From Zootoca vivipara (lineage: Eukaryota), in the NCBI RefSeq assembly GCF_963506605.1, contig NC_083277.1:84444001-84508000 (forward strand): a DNA stretch of 64,000 nt, written 5' to 3'. Under the pieces are notes generated by a model. That model searched no databases and was not told where the DNA came from. It saw only the letters and a list, made by a program, of their open reading frames with translations. Positions 63,408 through 64,000 of this stretch are shown here, one piece after another; position 1 is the first letter of the stretch; each line of letters opens with the position of its first letter. The position numbers and the translations under genes were made by a program.

Positions 63408-64000
63408 GCACAGCAGCAGACAGCTGCCTTTGTGCCTTTCTGACAGGGAGAGTGACTTATGCATGACGTGGTATGCACAGCACGGAAGATTCTGGAAGGC
63501 AGCTGCACACTTGAGCTTAGCCAAATTTGGTTGGCCTCTGTCTGGTAAATTACCTGTACTGCTTCTACAGGTGCAATTCCTGCTGGACACACGACTAGCA
63601 CAGCTGGCAAAATGTGCTTCCTGGCTACAATGTGCAGATCTAGTCTAATGGCTTGTCTGATTGTTTGCTAGAAATATTTTATTTTTCCGTTTTATAAACT
63701 TTGAGGCAGATAAAAGCAAATGATGGAGTTCCTAACGTGTGGTCCATGGAGCTTCATTCAGATAATCCGCGGTGTCTCTCTAAAAATGCAGTAAAAAACA
63801 TGTATCATCTAGCACAGTGTGTTACAATTGCTGCAACAGGCAGAAAAATCACTGAGTGGTCCACCAAGACCCTCAGCAATTTTCAGGTGGTCTGTGGAAG
63901 CAGGGGAGTTTGGCAACCACTGATTTAGACCAAGGGAAATCAGGATATTTTAACAAATGGGGATAGGACCTCTGGAATAAGGGGTGATTCTATTTTGCGA

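Overview
Vertebrate genomic DNA, almost certainly a squamate and probably a lacertid lizard (Sauria SINEs, BovB, CR1, L2, Penelope and hAT/Tc1 MITEs). Four spliced genes were resolved exon by exon from GT-AG junctions and protein recall: WDR45B (minus; coding exons 1-6, runs off the left edge), RAB40B (minus; 6 exons, 278 aa), FN3KRP (plus; 6 exons, 309 aa) and ELAC2 (plus; 24 exons, about 824-835 aa). The main unexpected feature is an intact, intronless, full-length retrocopy of PPP6C (PP6 catalytic subunit, 305 aa) in RAB40B intron 1, in the same orientation as the host. It has a perfect 21-bp target-site duplication, a poly(A) signal and tail, a CpG/ETS/YY1-rich 5' leader, and cryptic acceptors that would fuse it in frame to RAB40B exon 1. 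Other notable elements: a complete non-autonomous Helitron built from palindromic 152-bp repeats (WDR45B intron 1), a 5'-complete ~2-kb L1-like element with no reverse transcriptase, two inverted pairs of young hAT MITEs at or near promoters, Penelope hammerhead-ribozyme relics, and a FN3KRP-ELAC2 adjacency with no FN3K, which differs from the human gene order. Orthology and repeat-family names rest on recalled sequences; no database search was run.
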